Both the position numbers and the translations under genes were made by a program. From a virus (Duplodnaviria; Caudoviricetes): DNA of 34,240 nucleotides. Each line of letters begins with the position of its first letter. Positions within the stretch are counted from its first letter, which is position 1. Below, in pieces: positions 15,523-24,759 of the stretch. The stretch is taken from positions 1 through 34,240 of IMG/VR virus record IMGVR_UViG_3300005805_000255. One strand, written 5' to 3'. The notes under the pieces were generated by a model, which was not told where the DNA came from, ran no database searches, and saw only the letters and a list, made by a program, of their open reading frames with translations.

Positions 15523-16113
15523 TTATCGCTTTATATCTTTCACTGAGGGCAATTTGGGCTTGTGGCTGCCCACGGGGCTCAGGGTACCTGGCTTCAAATC
15601 ATTGGTGGTTTGGGCAGTTTTTGCACCGCCTTTGACTTTGACCTGACCTGTACCAGTTATGGAATTCTTCACCAGTTTGGCGTTGTAATCATCGCCGTAT
15701 GGGTGTTGAACTTTGACTTTTTCATACTCACGCATCAACAAGGGTTCAGTGCTGGTGTTAGATGCAATACTTTTTGCTTCGTAATCCATGTCTTCAGCAA
15801 ATGCCAGATTTTCCACTGCCACTGTGGCCTTGTCCACACTGTAATCAGTCAAACTTTTACGAATCTGTGTGGCAGTTGCAGGATACTCACACACCACATC
15901 CAGGGTGTAAATTTCCGGGTTGGCCAGCCCTGGAAACATGGGATGAGCTTTCTCAATCATGTGACTACGGGCATCAGATACTGACTTTACGCCGTAGCCA
16001 GCCAGTGCTTGCTTGATGGTTTTGCTAAGACCAGCTTCAGGTTTGGTGGCCAAAACAATGCGGAAGCTGTAATCTTGCTTGCTTTCGGTTAGATATTGCA
16101 AAAAACTCTTCAT
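15523..16113 (-). CDS. Putative head-associated protein (196 aa, MKSFLQYLTE)
   Basis: CTS-like N-terminus; TAAATA at 16135-16140; AGGA RBS. Confidence 0.75.
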   Translation of the reverse strand: MKSFLQYLTESKQDYSFRIVLATKPEAGLSKTIKQALAGYGVKSVSDARSHMIEKAHPMFPGLANPEIYTLDVVCEYPATATQIRKSLTDYSVDKATVAVENLAFAEDMDYEAKSIASNTSTEPLLMREYEKVKVQHPYGDDYNAKLVKNSITGTGQVKVKGGAKTAQTTNDLKPGTLSPVGSHKPKLPSVKDIKR

Positions 16114-16133
16114 GGTGAATCTTCCTATAATGG

Positions 16134-16625
16134 TTATTTAGCTTCGGTGTCTTTTTTCTTCAGTATCTCAGCAACCAAAGCGTTGCGATCTATCACAGTG
16201 GCTACTCCATCAGACACTGGCACAGTGTTGCTAAAGTCTGCTGCTCGTTGATCCAGTGCAGCTTTCTTCAGTTGCAGTTCAATCATCCGGAGCTTTTTCT
16301 CGATCTTGTTTTTCTTGGCAGTCAGAGCGTGACCCAGTAGATTACTGGCTGCACCAAAAATTTCCGCAGCATGACGAGTTTCCACGTTCATACCCAGTTC
16401 CATGAGATTCTGATAGCCTTCAGTTGCCATCTGAGCCAGCTGATCCATTTCACGTTCACTGGCTTCCAGACCCACCACCTGAGGCAGAGCCTCGTTGATC
16501 TTGTCCACATTGCCCACTGACTTGGTAAGTTCAGTTATCATAGCTGGTGTCTGATGGGGTTCAGGTTCCAGCTGCACTGGTTCTGTATGTTCCAGGTTGA
16601 ATATTTTTTCCAGATTGGTGTTCAT
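16134..16625 (-). CDS. Probable terminase small subunit (T4 gp16-like)
   Basis: 163-aa helical hairpin/coiled-coil pattern (EGYQNLMELGMNV...AEIFGAASNLL) in the packaging block; the ORF is secure, the function is tentative. Confidence 0.55.
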   Translation of the reverse strand: MNTNLEKIFNLEHTEPVQLEPEPHQTPAMITELTKSVGNVDKINEALPQVVGLEASEREMDQLAQMATEGYQNLMELGMNVETRHAAEIFGAASNLLGHALTAKKNKIEKKLRMIELQLKKAALDQRAADFSNTVPVSDGVATVIDRNALVAEILKKKDTEAK

Positions 16626-17428
16626 ATTATTGAATCTAGCTTAGTTTTACTTCTAAGTTTACCTTTATGCATCAAACCGCTACATTTTTGAGAACAGCAT
16701 TTCTTTTTTCTTTTTAGATACGGCAATATCGTATCACATACTATGCATTTCGAGGGAAGTTCCTGATATTTTCTAATTTTCTCTTTAGTATGCAATCGTC
16801 TTGTTTCTATTTCTTTTAATGACTTTGGTTTGCCCTTAGAGGAAAGACTAATTTTTTTCTTATGTGCATCAGATAAAGGTTTTGACACATACGATGCTCT
16901 TCTTTTTTCACTCCATGGTTTACCTGCTCGATTAGCGGCAGCTTTTAAACAATTATCTAATCTAGAATCCAATGCTTTCTGTGACCATATTTTATTTCTG
17001 AGTTTTTGTTTATGTTCTTCAGATAGAAGTTTTCCTTTTCGGTAAGCAGAAGTATATTTTGCTTGCATACTCCTGCGATCTTCAGACCAATAATCTTTCA
17101 TAGCCTCGGTAAATAACTTCCTAGAATAGTCATAATACCTACTAGAAGCTTTGTATCGACCTTTACCAATATTTCGAATATTCATCATCATAGATAATGC
17201 AAAAGCCATTTTATATTTGTCTTTACCGTACGTCATTTTAGTTAGTAGTAAGTGGCATATATAATGTTCTCTCGGTGTCACTTCTACAATATTATTAATT
17301 GCGTTGTCACCACCTAAAGATCTAGGAATTATATGATGTTTTTCCACATACAAGTCTAATTTGCGATTTTTTGCTTTTTCTATCAAAGAATAATACCATT
17401 TTGTATATTTGTTATCAATAAATATCAT
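16622..17428 (-). CDS. Free-standing HNH homing endonuclease with NUMOD3-like basic repeats
   Basis: EKHHIIPRSLGG...N...TPREHYICHLLL; SEEHKQKL and SDAHKKKISLSSKGKPKS; C-terminal CIVC...CSQKC; visibly more AT-rich than its neighbours. Confidence 0.88.
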   Translation of the reverse strand: MIFIDNKYTKWYYSLIEKAKNRKLDLYVEKHHIIPRSLGGDNAINNIVEVTPREHYICHLLLTKMTYGKDKYKMAFALSMMMNIRNIGKGRYKASSRYYDYSRKLFTEAMKDYWSEDRRSMQAKYTSAYRKGKLLSEEHKQKLRNKIWSQKALDSRLDNCLKAAANRAGKPWSEKRRASYVSKPLSDAHKKKISLSSKGKPKSLKEIETRRLHTKEKIRKYQELPSKCIVCDTILPYLKRKKKCCSQKCSGLMHKGKLRSKTKLDSII

Positions 17429-17490
17429 CGCTGATGTCCTCCTGTGACATTAGAATGGTTGGATGTTTGCAGCATCGCGAACCATATTCA
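17429..17490 (-). promoter_or_regulatory. Structured 5' leader of the homing endonuclease gene (candidate cis-regulatory RNA)
   Basis: Nested stems ATGGTT/AACCAT and GATG/CATC, plus an ATGTC/GACAT stem around the AGGAGG RBS. Confidence 0.6.
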
Positions 17491-17498
17491 TATTTATA
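17491..17498 (-). promoter_or_regulatory. Exact T4 late promoter TATAAATA, overlapping the gp4-like stop codon
   Basis: TATTTATA on the plus strand. Confidence 0.75.
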
Positions 17499-17916
17499 AC
17501 CTAAACAAATCCAATTCAGTGAGCACACGGAACTTGAAGCCATTTTTCTCACAGTAAGCCTGAGCTGCTGCCCACTTGGCCAGATTGCGAACACTCACCA
17601 GAGTATCTCGCTGACTGCGAGTTTTTTGCTGGCCAGTTTCCTTGAAGGGTTTGATCTCCACAATTTCCACATGCTGATTTCCATCACGATCCAGGTACAT
17701 GATGAAAAAATCCGGCACATACTGTGTTACTCGTTTTTTGAACGGACACATATAGGGTATGGCTATGGCTTCACTGGCCCATTTTATTATACCCGGATGA
17801 TTGTCACAGAAATTCATCATTACCAGCTCCCAACTGGATCTAAACATGGGATTGCGTTTGCCCACATATTTGTCGGGGTTTTTGGGTAGGAATTTTCCCT
17901 GTGCAAATTTAGCCAT
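17494..17916 (-). CDS. gp4: Head completion protein (T4 gp4-like, TnsA-type PD-(D/E)xK fold)
   Basis: GKFLPKNPDKYVG...RSSWE...WASE..AIPY...YVPDF...EIKP...NLAKWAAA...FRVLTE. Confidence 0.9.
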   Translation of the reverse strand: MAKFAQGKFLPKNPDKYVGKRNPMFRSSWELVMMNFCDNHPGIIKWASEAIAIPYMCPFKKRVTQYVPDFFIMYLDRDGNQHVEIVEIKPFKETGQQKTRSQRDTLVSVRNLAKWAAAQAYCEKNGFKFRVLTELDLFRL

Positions 17917-17920
17917 CTGA

Positions 17921-18253
17921 TTAAGCCCTTATCTCTCTTTGAACACTGAAAGGTGTATCCAGATTCAGAGCCACACCCAATTTGGCATTGCTTACGCGAT
18001 TCTGATTTAGGTATGCAGCCAACCAGACATCCTGTTCGTAACTATCTCCCTGCTGACGCATCAGATCAGCAAATTGACCAGCAGTGAGATTTAGGCTTTG
18101 GGCTACTATGGCAAAAGCTGCAATATATTCTTTCTGAAGTTCAGGATCGCTAACTCTGTTTTGCACCAGACTTTTTAAGCTGTCAAATTGAGTAGCTTCT
18201 ATGGCCACGTCTATGGGGCCCATTTGTCCTTGACTATTAAAATAGGTACTCAT
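17921..18253 (-). CDS. Hypothetical late protein (110 aa)
   Basis: TAAATA at 18259-18264, 5 nt before ATG. Confidence 0.75.
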   Translation of the reverse strand: MSTYFNSQGQMGPIDVAIEATQFDSLKSLVQNRVSDPELQKEYIAAFAIVAQSLNLTAGQFADLMRQQGDSYEQDVWLAAYLNQNRVSNAKLGVALNLDTPFSVQREIRA

Positions 18254-18296
18254 GTGAATATTTAGCCTGATTGTTCAGAGTAAACTATATGAATGG

Positions 18297-19565
18297 TTAC
18301 TTAGAAGGCTTTTTGAGCTTGTTGGCTAAAGTACGCAGAGCGGTTACTGCACCGCCAGAATTGGGAACATTTATTGTGGTGGGGCTCACATTGTAGTAAA
18401 TCTGAGCGCTGTTGGTGGCGGCATTTAGGATTTTTGCACCAGTACCAGTGCCAGTAAAATTAGCGTTGATACCAGGAATTGAAGCACCTCTCCAGGTAGC
18501 CACGTCTCTGACTGTGTTAAAAATACCCTGCGGTGTGGTTAAACGTCTAGCAGCTTGCGCTGGGTTAGTGATTAGGTCAATACCAGTGTTTATTAAACGC
18601 TGTTGAGCATTGGGTAGTGGCGATTTACTATTGTCGTACCAGGTTTTTTGTACCTGATTCCAACTAGCTACTTCAGCATTGTCATTATCCAATTTACCTG
18701 TAGCATACAATATGGTTTCGTAACTGATCCCCATGGAGTTCACTGCTGAATCACCACTAGCATAGTCCAGTGTATCCTGTTCCCAACTGGTGATTACTGG
18801 ATTTACCAGAGTGTATTCAGTATAATGTGGAAAGTTTTTTTCTGTGCTGGTACCACTGGGTCGGCTAAAATGATAGATCTTTATGGATCTCAAAAATGGA
18901 CTCACTCTGTCCAAATATCCTGTAATACCAGTTCCACCAGTGTCACGATTTACTGTGTCGAGACCATAATGATGATTATCCAATGCTGGGCTTCCGTACA
19001 GGGTTAATGATCTTAATATATCACTTGTTACTACTGTATCATATCCCCATGCATTTGGTGGAACTGGTAATCCCTGACCAGAAACTTTACTATAATCCCG
19101 GTATCTACTGTCCTGAATATGATACAAATAGTAGGCATCCCAAAATGCTCTAACGCAACCTGATGCATCATCATGAAATTCCATAGTGATATCATCATAG
19201 TTAATTTTGTTTATGGATATAACTTGCTTATTATAATGATTATGCTTTTTGGTGTCCATTTTGACACCAGGCAATTTTACAGTTTTAGCCAACACACTCA
19301 AGAAGTAGGTATCTTGAGTGATATTGTCAGTGGCCAGACTATATCTATGACTTCCGCCTGGATTTGTTTCTCTCTGTATTTGTTCATATAGAGCTTTTGC
19401 TTCGTCAGTCAATTCAAAATATACATGCCACCAACGTTTGGCTTTGGGTAGAAGGGCATAATTATCAGAAACAAAAGTCCGGGACGCATGGGTATAGTCC
19501 CGGACTGTGTCACTGGTTCCATTTAGACCACGAAGAACTGTGCCCAATGAACCTGCAAAACTCAT
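18297..19565 (-). CDS. Tail-tube paralog, probable baseplate/tube-initiator protein (T4 gp48/gp54-like)
   Basis: KTVKLPGVKMDT...YNKQ...INYDDITMEFHDD aligns by eye with the tube segment VDFARPQVTFDD...YNSR...PTWADTTVNLRDD; directly downstream of the tube gene. Confidence 0.65.
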   Translation of the reverse strand: MSFAGSLGTVLRGLNGTSDTVRDYTHASRTFVSDNYALLPKAKRWWHVYFELTDEAKALYEQIQRETNPGGSHRYSLATDNITQDTYFLSVLAKTVKLPGVKMDTKKHNHYNKQVISINKINYDDITMEFHDDASGCVRAFWDAYYLYHIQDSRYRDYSKVSGQGLPVPPNAWGYDTVVTSDILRSLTLYGSPALDNHHYGLDTVNRDTGGTGITGYLDRVSPFLRSIKIYHFSRPSGTSTEKNFPHYTEYTLVNPVITSWEQDTLDYASGDSAVNSMGISYETILYATGKLDNDNAEVASWNQVQKTWYDNSKSPLPNAQQRLINTGIDLITNPAQAARRLTTPQGIFNTVRDVATWRGASIPGINANFTGTGTGAKILNAATNSAQIYYNVSPTTINVPNSGGAVTALRTLANKLKKPSK

Positions 19566-19572
19566 ATAGTTA

Positions 19573-20184
19573 TTATCCTGTTATAACGCTGCCCAGTGTT
19601 CTGTTGATAGCAGCACCAATGCCACTACCGTCGGGTTTCTGCACAGCATTGTCAAATGCAATACTCAGTGCAATCTGCACCGGTGCACTTTCACCGTAGT
19701 TAAGGTCGCCATAGTTGACATCCTTGATGTAGCAGCCGTATAGTTCCCAACTTTCCAAAACCACCGGAGCATTGGCACCATTACCACCATCCAGGAGTTC
19801 ACAGTTCATCTGGAACTTATAATCAATACCACTGCGGGCACTGCTCTGCTCCATGAAATCAAACTGCTTCTGTACCTGTTCACCCACCAGCTTACTGACC
19901 TGGCCGCTGGCGTCGTCACGCAGGTTCACAGTGGTATCTGCCCAAGTAGGCTTACCAGCATACTTGATACGGCTGTTATAGATTTCAATAACCTGGTCAT
20001 CGAAAGTGACCTGAGGGCGAGCAAAATCCACAACCTGCTTGGTTAGTTCAGTAGTTGAACCACTTACACCAAAATTCAAAAATATAATACGGAAGCGATA
20101 CTTGAGTTTGGGCATCAACAAGCCCTGAGCCGCTGTATCACCACCAAGTGGAACTGTAAATTTAGTTAAACTTGCGATAGCCAT
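19573..20184 (-). CDS. gp19: Tail tube protein (T4 gp19-like)
   Basis: PKLKYRFR, YAGKPTW, LDG...WELYGCYI..VNYGDLNY...IAFDNA; follows the sheath gene; TAAATA at 20205-20210 and GGAG RBS. Confidence 0.88.
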   Translation of the reverse strand: MAIASLTKFTVPLGGDTAAQGLLMPKLKYRFRIIFLNFGVSGSTTELTKQVVDFARPQVTFDDQVIEIYNSRIKYAGKPTWADTTVNLRDDASGQVSKLVGEQVQKQFDFMEQSSARSGIDYKFQMNCELLDGGNGANAPVVLESWELYGCYIKDVNYGDLNYGESAPVQIALSIAFDNAVQKPDGSGIGAAINRTLGSVITG

Positions 20185-20284
20185 TATTGCTTCTCCATTA
20201 CCAGTATTTATGACCAGATCATCAAAATTCAGTGGGTCTGATTGATTTTGAGCTGCATTTTCTGATCAGCACCGGTATAATTTA

Positions 20285-20322
20285 GACAATTATGGCGAGG
20301 CCTAAACCTCGCCATAATTGTC
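20285..20322 (-). terminator. 16-bp perfect hairpin directly after the sheath stop codon
   Basis: GACAATTATGGCGAGG-CCTAAA-CCTCGCCATAATTGTC. Confidence 0.7.
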
Positions 20323-20328
20323 ATTTTG

Positions 20329-23300
20329 TTATAGTCCGGCCTGGATATCACCAGTGTTCTTGATGCGCACTGGGATATAAATGAATTCCACAGCCTTTAC
20401 AGGTTCGATAGCTACGTCTACCCAAAGCTCATTACGATCAATGCGATCTGGTGTATTGTTTGAACTATCGCAAACCACAGCATAGTCATACAAACCGCGG
20501 TTTACTTTGACACTGTTTAGCTCTTTTTCAATCTGATTCTTGATTTCACGACGAGTGATTTCGTCATTGGGTTCAAAAATGTACTGACGAGCAATCAGGT
20601 CCAGCTGACGACGCAGATAAACTACCAATCTGGCAACGTTTACACGATCCAGCGCACTGGTTGTGGCGCTGCGAGTCTTCTGGCCGTAGATTGTGATGCC
20701 ACTGTCGCTCAGCACGCTAATGGGGTTCACTTTGCCATTGTACAGCACATCACGCAGGTTGTTGCTTACTGCAATGCTCTGGAATAGGCCAGTTGTTGAA
20801 TCAATATAGCCAATTGCCGTTGCGTTATCCACAGTGCCTCTGCGAGTTCCTGCAGGTGCAAACCATACATAACTCTTCTGATCACTGCGGATCATGCTAC
20901 GCAACACCATGTGGCTAGCAGGCACCACAGCATAGTTGCCATCCAGGTCACGAGTGAAACCTGCAGGATAGTAACCAGCCATGTATTCATAGTAGCTTAC
21001 AAAGCCCTGTTCATTGTTGTCCACGGCCAGGTTCAGGTTACGTGACCAAGCATCCAGTGTGTTGCTGTCTGATTCCAGTCTAAGCGGACTGTCCACAATA
21101 ATAAATGCCGTTTCCTTGCGGTTCACATTCAGTGTGGTCAATGTGCTGGTGAGTTCTGGGTAGCCAGGAGCACACATCAGGTTGAAATTACGAACTTCTT
21201 CCACTGCTTCAGTGCTGTTGGCCACAGCAGCAGCCATCTTGGCAGCAATCACTGCACGTTGAGCACGACGTCCCATGTAAGCAACACCATACTCATTGTT
21301 ACCACTGGCGCTGACCCAAGCATTCAGGTAGCTGGGAGGATTTTCATAATCAGCAAAATAATCCACCACAAACTGCTTGACGTTCATACCGCTTCTGCGA
21401 GTATTGAACAGCAGCATACCCTTGGGGTATTCGGCATAGCTGGGGCAATCAGGATCAGTGTAATCATAACCCAACAAAGAAGCAATAGTTGGCTTGTCGT
21501 CAGTGATCACGTCTTCAGATCCATCGGTTCCCCAACGAGCGTCAGCAAAAATAACACCGTCGCTGCTGGTGCTATCGGTGTTATCAATCAGCGTCCAACC
21601 CACAGCAGTGTCATAACGATAAATTCTGGGGAATTCGTCGAAATTGTCGGTGTTGATCCACAAGTCACCATTTACCAGAGCAGAGCCATCACTCTGTAGT
21701 TCTGGTTCACTTGCGCTCACAATGGGCCCAGCAGGATCAGTCAAGCTCAGATTGTAGCCACGTGAATCGTTGGTTTCGTTGTGATAACCTTTCCATCCAG
21801 TGCCATCATTGATCATGATGTCGTATTCTGTGGGTTCATTGTAGTACCAGTAGGTTCCATCAGCAGGATCAGCAGTGGGCTCACTGTCATCCACAGTGTA
21901 TGTGGGCTGTAGCCAATTACTGACCCAAATTGCACCAGCTGTTACGTCACTGGCTCGAGCGCCTGATGAAGAAGTAGTGATGCCTGCATCAGCAAGTGGA
22001 GTTCCTGAAAGGTCTTTGAGTTCCATCACGCCACCCTTTGCATGTGTGAGGACCACTGCGCCTGTGGTGGCAACTGATGCACTGACTTCAGGAATATTGG
22101 CGTTATTTACTGAGTTCACAAATGCTGCTGCATTGGTTCCACCTGTGATAGCCACTGTGGTTGGTCCCTGCAAAGTAGCGTTTCCAGCCACTGTGTAGCT
22201 GATAGTGAAGCTTTCTGTGGTGACAAATGTGGGAGTTACATTGCTACCAGTGACTGTGGTAACACCAGCCTTGCGATTGAACAACTTGAATGTAAATGTA
22301 TCATTGGCATTTACATCGCTCTGGATATAGGTCTTTCCAGAAGCAATGGACAAACCACCATTGATGGCATCCAGTCCATAGATTGCGCTAGCGTCATCAG
22401 CATACACTGGGGTAACCAGTTCGGTCCAGGTTTCACTGGTGCTGTTGTAACGCTTCACTACAAAACTGGCACCATTGTTGGGGCTGGTGGTTTTAAACCA
22501 CACACTGCCAGTGGGGCGAGGATTGGCGCCAGTGCTGGCCCAGGTACCACCTGCAGGAGCCTGTGTGTGTCTGCTGTCAACAAATGCTGGGCAGCTATAC
22601 ACAACACCGTTGCCAACACCCAGTGTGGTTAGCGGTGTTCCAGTAACATTTACCAGAGTCACATTGCCCACATTGGCATTGCAATAAACACTGAGCTGAC
22701 CACTGCTGGTTGCAGCAGCTTTGATATTGGATGCATCCACCAGGTTAATGTTGGCCACTGTGGCTGCTAGGTTAGCACCCACAGTAACGTTGGATCCATT
22801 AACGCTAAACACGTTGCCTGTAATAGTGGCAATATTGGCCGAGGATGTACCAGTTACTGCTGGCCAACCCAACTGCCAGTCGTTGGAACCAACCTGTGCC
22901 CACTGTCCGTACAAGGCATAAGTGGTGGGTCCACCAATCTTGTAAAATACTGGATTGTCCACGTCAGTGAGGTCAATAGCATAGTCACCAGGCTTACCAA
23001 TGGTGCTAACTGGTTCGCCACCACTGATGTTCACAGTCTCAGTGATCAGATGCAATTTTGCATTGCCAGTGGTGTTGGTGGTTGACACCTGATTAAAGGT
23101 TGCCAGGCTCTGATTCCACTGAAAAATACCAAACTTAGTGTTTGCAACATCCAGCCACAAAGTGTTGTTGGCTACATTGCCAGCAGGACGAGCAGAAGAA
23201 CCAACAAGTTCGTCTAGGTCAACGTCTGCACGGATGATGTAGGCTGCATTGCTTACACCCAAAGCACTATAGGCAGCAAACAAACCGTGTTCGTTAAGTT

Positions 23301-23556
23301 CATAACCGTGAACAGGTGTGCCTGCACTTACCAGATAGTTGGGCTTACCATACTTACTAATCAATTCTCTCTGTGAAGTAACCAGGAAAACCTTACCAGC
23401 ATTGGCTGCTGTGGTGTACTCCGCCAGATCCCCGTTGGGATTGGTTTTGTCTTGGGCGGTTGCAACTACGATAAAAGGAACAGTTCCTGCGGCTGCAGGA
23501 GTATAGTTACTTTCATCGATAATTGTAACTTGTACGCCGGGTGATGTAAGGGCCAT
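20329..23556 (-). CDS. gp18: Contractile tail sheath protein (T4 gp18-like), 1075 aa
   Basis: N-terminal SPGVQVTIIDES; C-terminal WFAPAGTRRG, GQKT, LDRVNVARL, FEPND, CDSSNNTPDRIDRNEL, PVKAVEFIYI. Confidence 0.95.
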   Translation of the reverse strand: MALTSPGVQVTIIDESNYTPAAAGTVPFIVVATAQDKTNPNGDLAEYTTAANAGKVFLVTSQRELISKYGKPNYLVSAGTPVHGYELNEHGLFAAYSALGVSNAAYIIRADVDLDELVGSSARPAGNVANNTLWLDVANTKFGIFQWNQSLATFNQVSTTNTTGNAKLHLITETVNISGGEPVSTIGKPGDYAIDLTDVDNPVFYKIGGPTTYALYGQWAQVGSNDWQLGWPAVTGTSSANIATITGNVFSVNGSNVTVGANLAATVANINLVDASNIKAAATSSGQLSVYCNANVGNVTLVNVTGTPLTTLGVGNGVVYSCPAFVDSRHTQAPAGGTWASTGANPRPTGSVWFKTTSPNNGASFVVKRYNSTSETWTELVTPVYADDASAIYGLDAINGGLSIASGKTYIQSDVNANDTFTFKLFNRKAGVTTVTGSNVTPTFVTTESFTISYTVAGNATLQGPTTVAITGGTNAAAFVNSVNNANIPEVSASVATTGAVVLTHAKGGVMELKDLSGTPLADAGITTSSSGARASDVTAGAIWVSNWLQPTYTVDDSEPTADPADGTYWYYNEPTEYDIMINDGTGWKGYHNETNDSRGYNLSLTDPAGPIVSASEPELQSDGSALVNGDLWINTDNFDEFPRIYRYDTAVGWTLIDNTDSTSSDGVIFADARWGTDGSEDVITDDKPTIASLLGYDYTDPDCPSYAEYPKGMLLFNTRRSGMNVKQFVVDYFADYENPPSYLNAWVSASGNNEYGVAYMGRRAQRAVIAAKMAAAVANSTEAVEEVRNFNLMCAPGYPELTSTLTTLNVNRKETAFIIVDSPLRLESDSNTLDAWSRNLNLAVDNNEQGFVSYYEYMAGYYPAGFTRDLDGNYAVVPASHMVLRSMIRSDQKSYVWFAPAGTRRGTVDNATAIGYIDSTTGLFQSIAVSNNLRDVLYNGKVNPISVLSDSGITIYGQKTRSATTSALDRVNVARLVVYLRRQLDLIARQYIFEPNDEITRREIKNQIEKELNSVKVNRGLYDYAVVCDSSNNTPDRIDRNELWVDVAIEPVKAVEFIYIPVRIKNTGDIQAGL

Positions 23557-23637
23557 TATTTTTCTCCTAAAATTCCATATAGCCTTTGTGAATCATCTGA
23601 GCTATACATGTTTGTCGAGTAGGTGATCCATTGCTGG

Positions 23638-23700
23638 TATTTATGGACTTCTGGTTTTTTCAGCTGGTTCAGCACACCTTTGAAAGGGATTGGGTAAATA
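23638..23700. promoter_or_regulatory. Divergent pair of TAAATA late promoters
   Basis: Minus-strand TAAATA at 23638-23643 (sheath) and plus-strand TAAATA at 23695-23700. Confidence 0.65.
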
Positions 23701-23705
23701 CTCTG

Positions 23706-24050
23706 GTGAGACCACTGTGCAAAACCTGTAAAACCCGACCCTGCGCTGTGAATTATCACAACGGTGAACGAATACACTATCGCAGTCGATGCGAACGTTG
23801 CTGGAAGCAGAAGCGACAGCAGTCCTATTCCAAACCTGTCTGGCAGCTCAGAGGCTATCAGAAGAAAAACACCTGTGAACGTTGCGGATATCGCAGCAAC
23901 ATATCACAGGTGTTTGGTGTTTATTGCGTGGACGGTGATTTAAAAAATACTCAGCCTAATAATCTCAGAACAGTATGTGCTAACTGTCAGATCCTGCTGA
24001 GTGTCAGTAATCAGGGCTGGACCAATGCTGAGCTGGTCAGCGATTATTAG
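23706..24050 (+). CDS. Cys-rich zinc-binding protein with a degenerate HNH-like C-terminus (114 aa)
   Basis: Start moved to GTG 23706; CKTC, CERC, CERC, VYCVDGDLKNTQPNNLRTVCANCQ. Confidence 0.7.
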   Translation: MRPLCKTCKTRPCAVNYHNGERIHYRSRCERCWKQKRQQSYSKPVWQLRGYQKKNTCERCGYRSNISQVFGVYCVDGDLKNTQPNNLRTVCANCQILLSVSNQGWTNAELVSDY

Positions 24051-24711
24051 CGACAAAATCATCCAGTACTCGATGCAGTTGCTCCACAGTGCCAGAGTTA
24101 TCAATCACCTGGTCCACTGGCAAACCTACCCAGCTCCACTCACTGGGATGCACTTCAGGATACCGGACCTCCATGACTTGACCCTGCTGTTTGAGGTCAG
24201 CTAACTCTGAGGCTGACGCCAAGTTTTGGCGTTGAGCACAAACCGCCCAAGGCAGTGTGTCAGCAGAGGCTCCACGTCTGATTTCAATCAGTTTTCCTCC
24301 CTGATCTCGAATCATTTGCAGTTCGTTGGCAAACCGGCAATCACTTATCACCACATTGACACCAGAATTCAAGCTGGCTGCTACCTGACGCTCAGTGGCT
24401 GCTATCCAGATGTCAGTGTGAAAGTGATTGCGTAACACATTGGTGCCCAGATATTGCAACACCCATCTGGGCGTGAGATCAGGGTAGCCCAACCGGTGTG
24501 CCCACCAGGGATCCACCTGATCTCGCCAATAACGACTCTGATCTGTGTGTCCTTCCAGAAAATCACGAGGCCATCCAAAAATCATCGACACTGCATCTTT
24601 CAGTGGTCCAGCAAAACTCAAGCGTTTCCAGCCCCGAGCATCTGCTAGATATCGGGCTGCTGTGTCTTTGCCACTGCCTATGCTGCCCACAATGCCATAG
24701 AGTTGAGACAT
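24037..24711 (-). CDS. Deoxynucleoside monophosphate kinase (T4 gp1-like)
   Basis: P-loop GSIGSGKDT, SFAGPLKD, TPRWVLQYLGT, VISDCRFANE, HPSE; start moved to ATG 24711. Confidence 0.92.
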   Translation of the reverse strand: MSQLYGIVGSIGSGKDTAARYLADARGWKRLSFAGPLKDAVSMIFGWPRDFLEGHTDQSRYWRDQVDPWWAHRLGYPDLTPRWVLQYLGTNVLRNHFHTDIWIAATERQVAASLNSGVNVVISDCRFANELQMIRDQGGKLIEIRRGASADTLPWAVCAQRQNLASASELADLKQQGQVMEVRYPEVHPSEWSWVGLPVDQVIDNSGTVEQLHRVLDDFVANNR

Positions 24712-24759
24712 AATTACTTCAGTATCTAGCAGTGTGCAATTAGTAGGGTGAAAAATCAA

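Noticed and set aside
17494-17916. TnsA-like protein as evidence of a Tn7 transposon
   Set aside because: Motifs and context match the T4 gp4 head completion family; no tnsB/tnsC or transposon ends.
23556-23777. 73-aa minus-strand ORF upstream of the sheath gene
   Set aside because: It spans the divergent late promoters and overlaps the better-supported plus-strand zinc protein gene.
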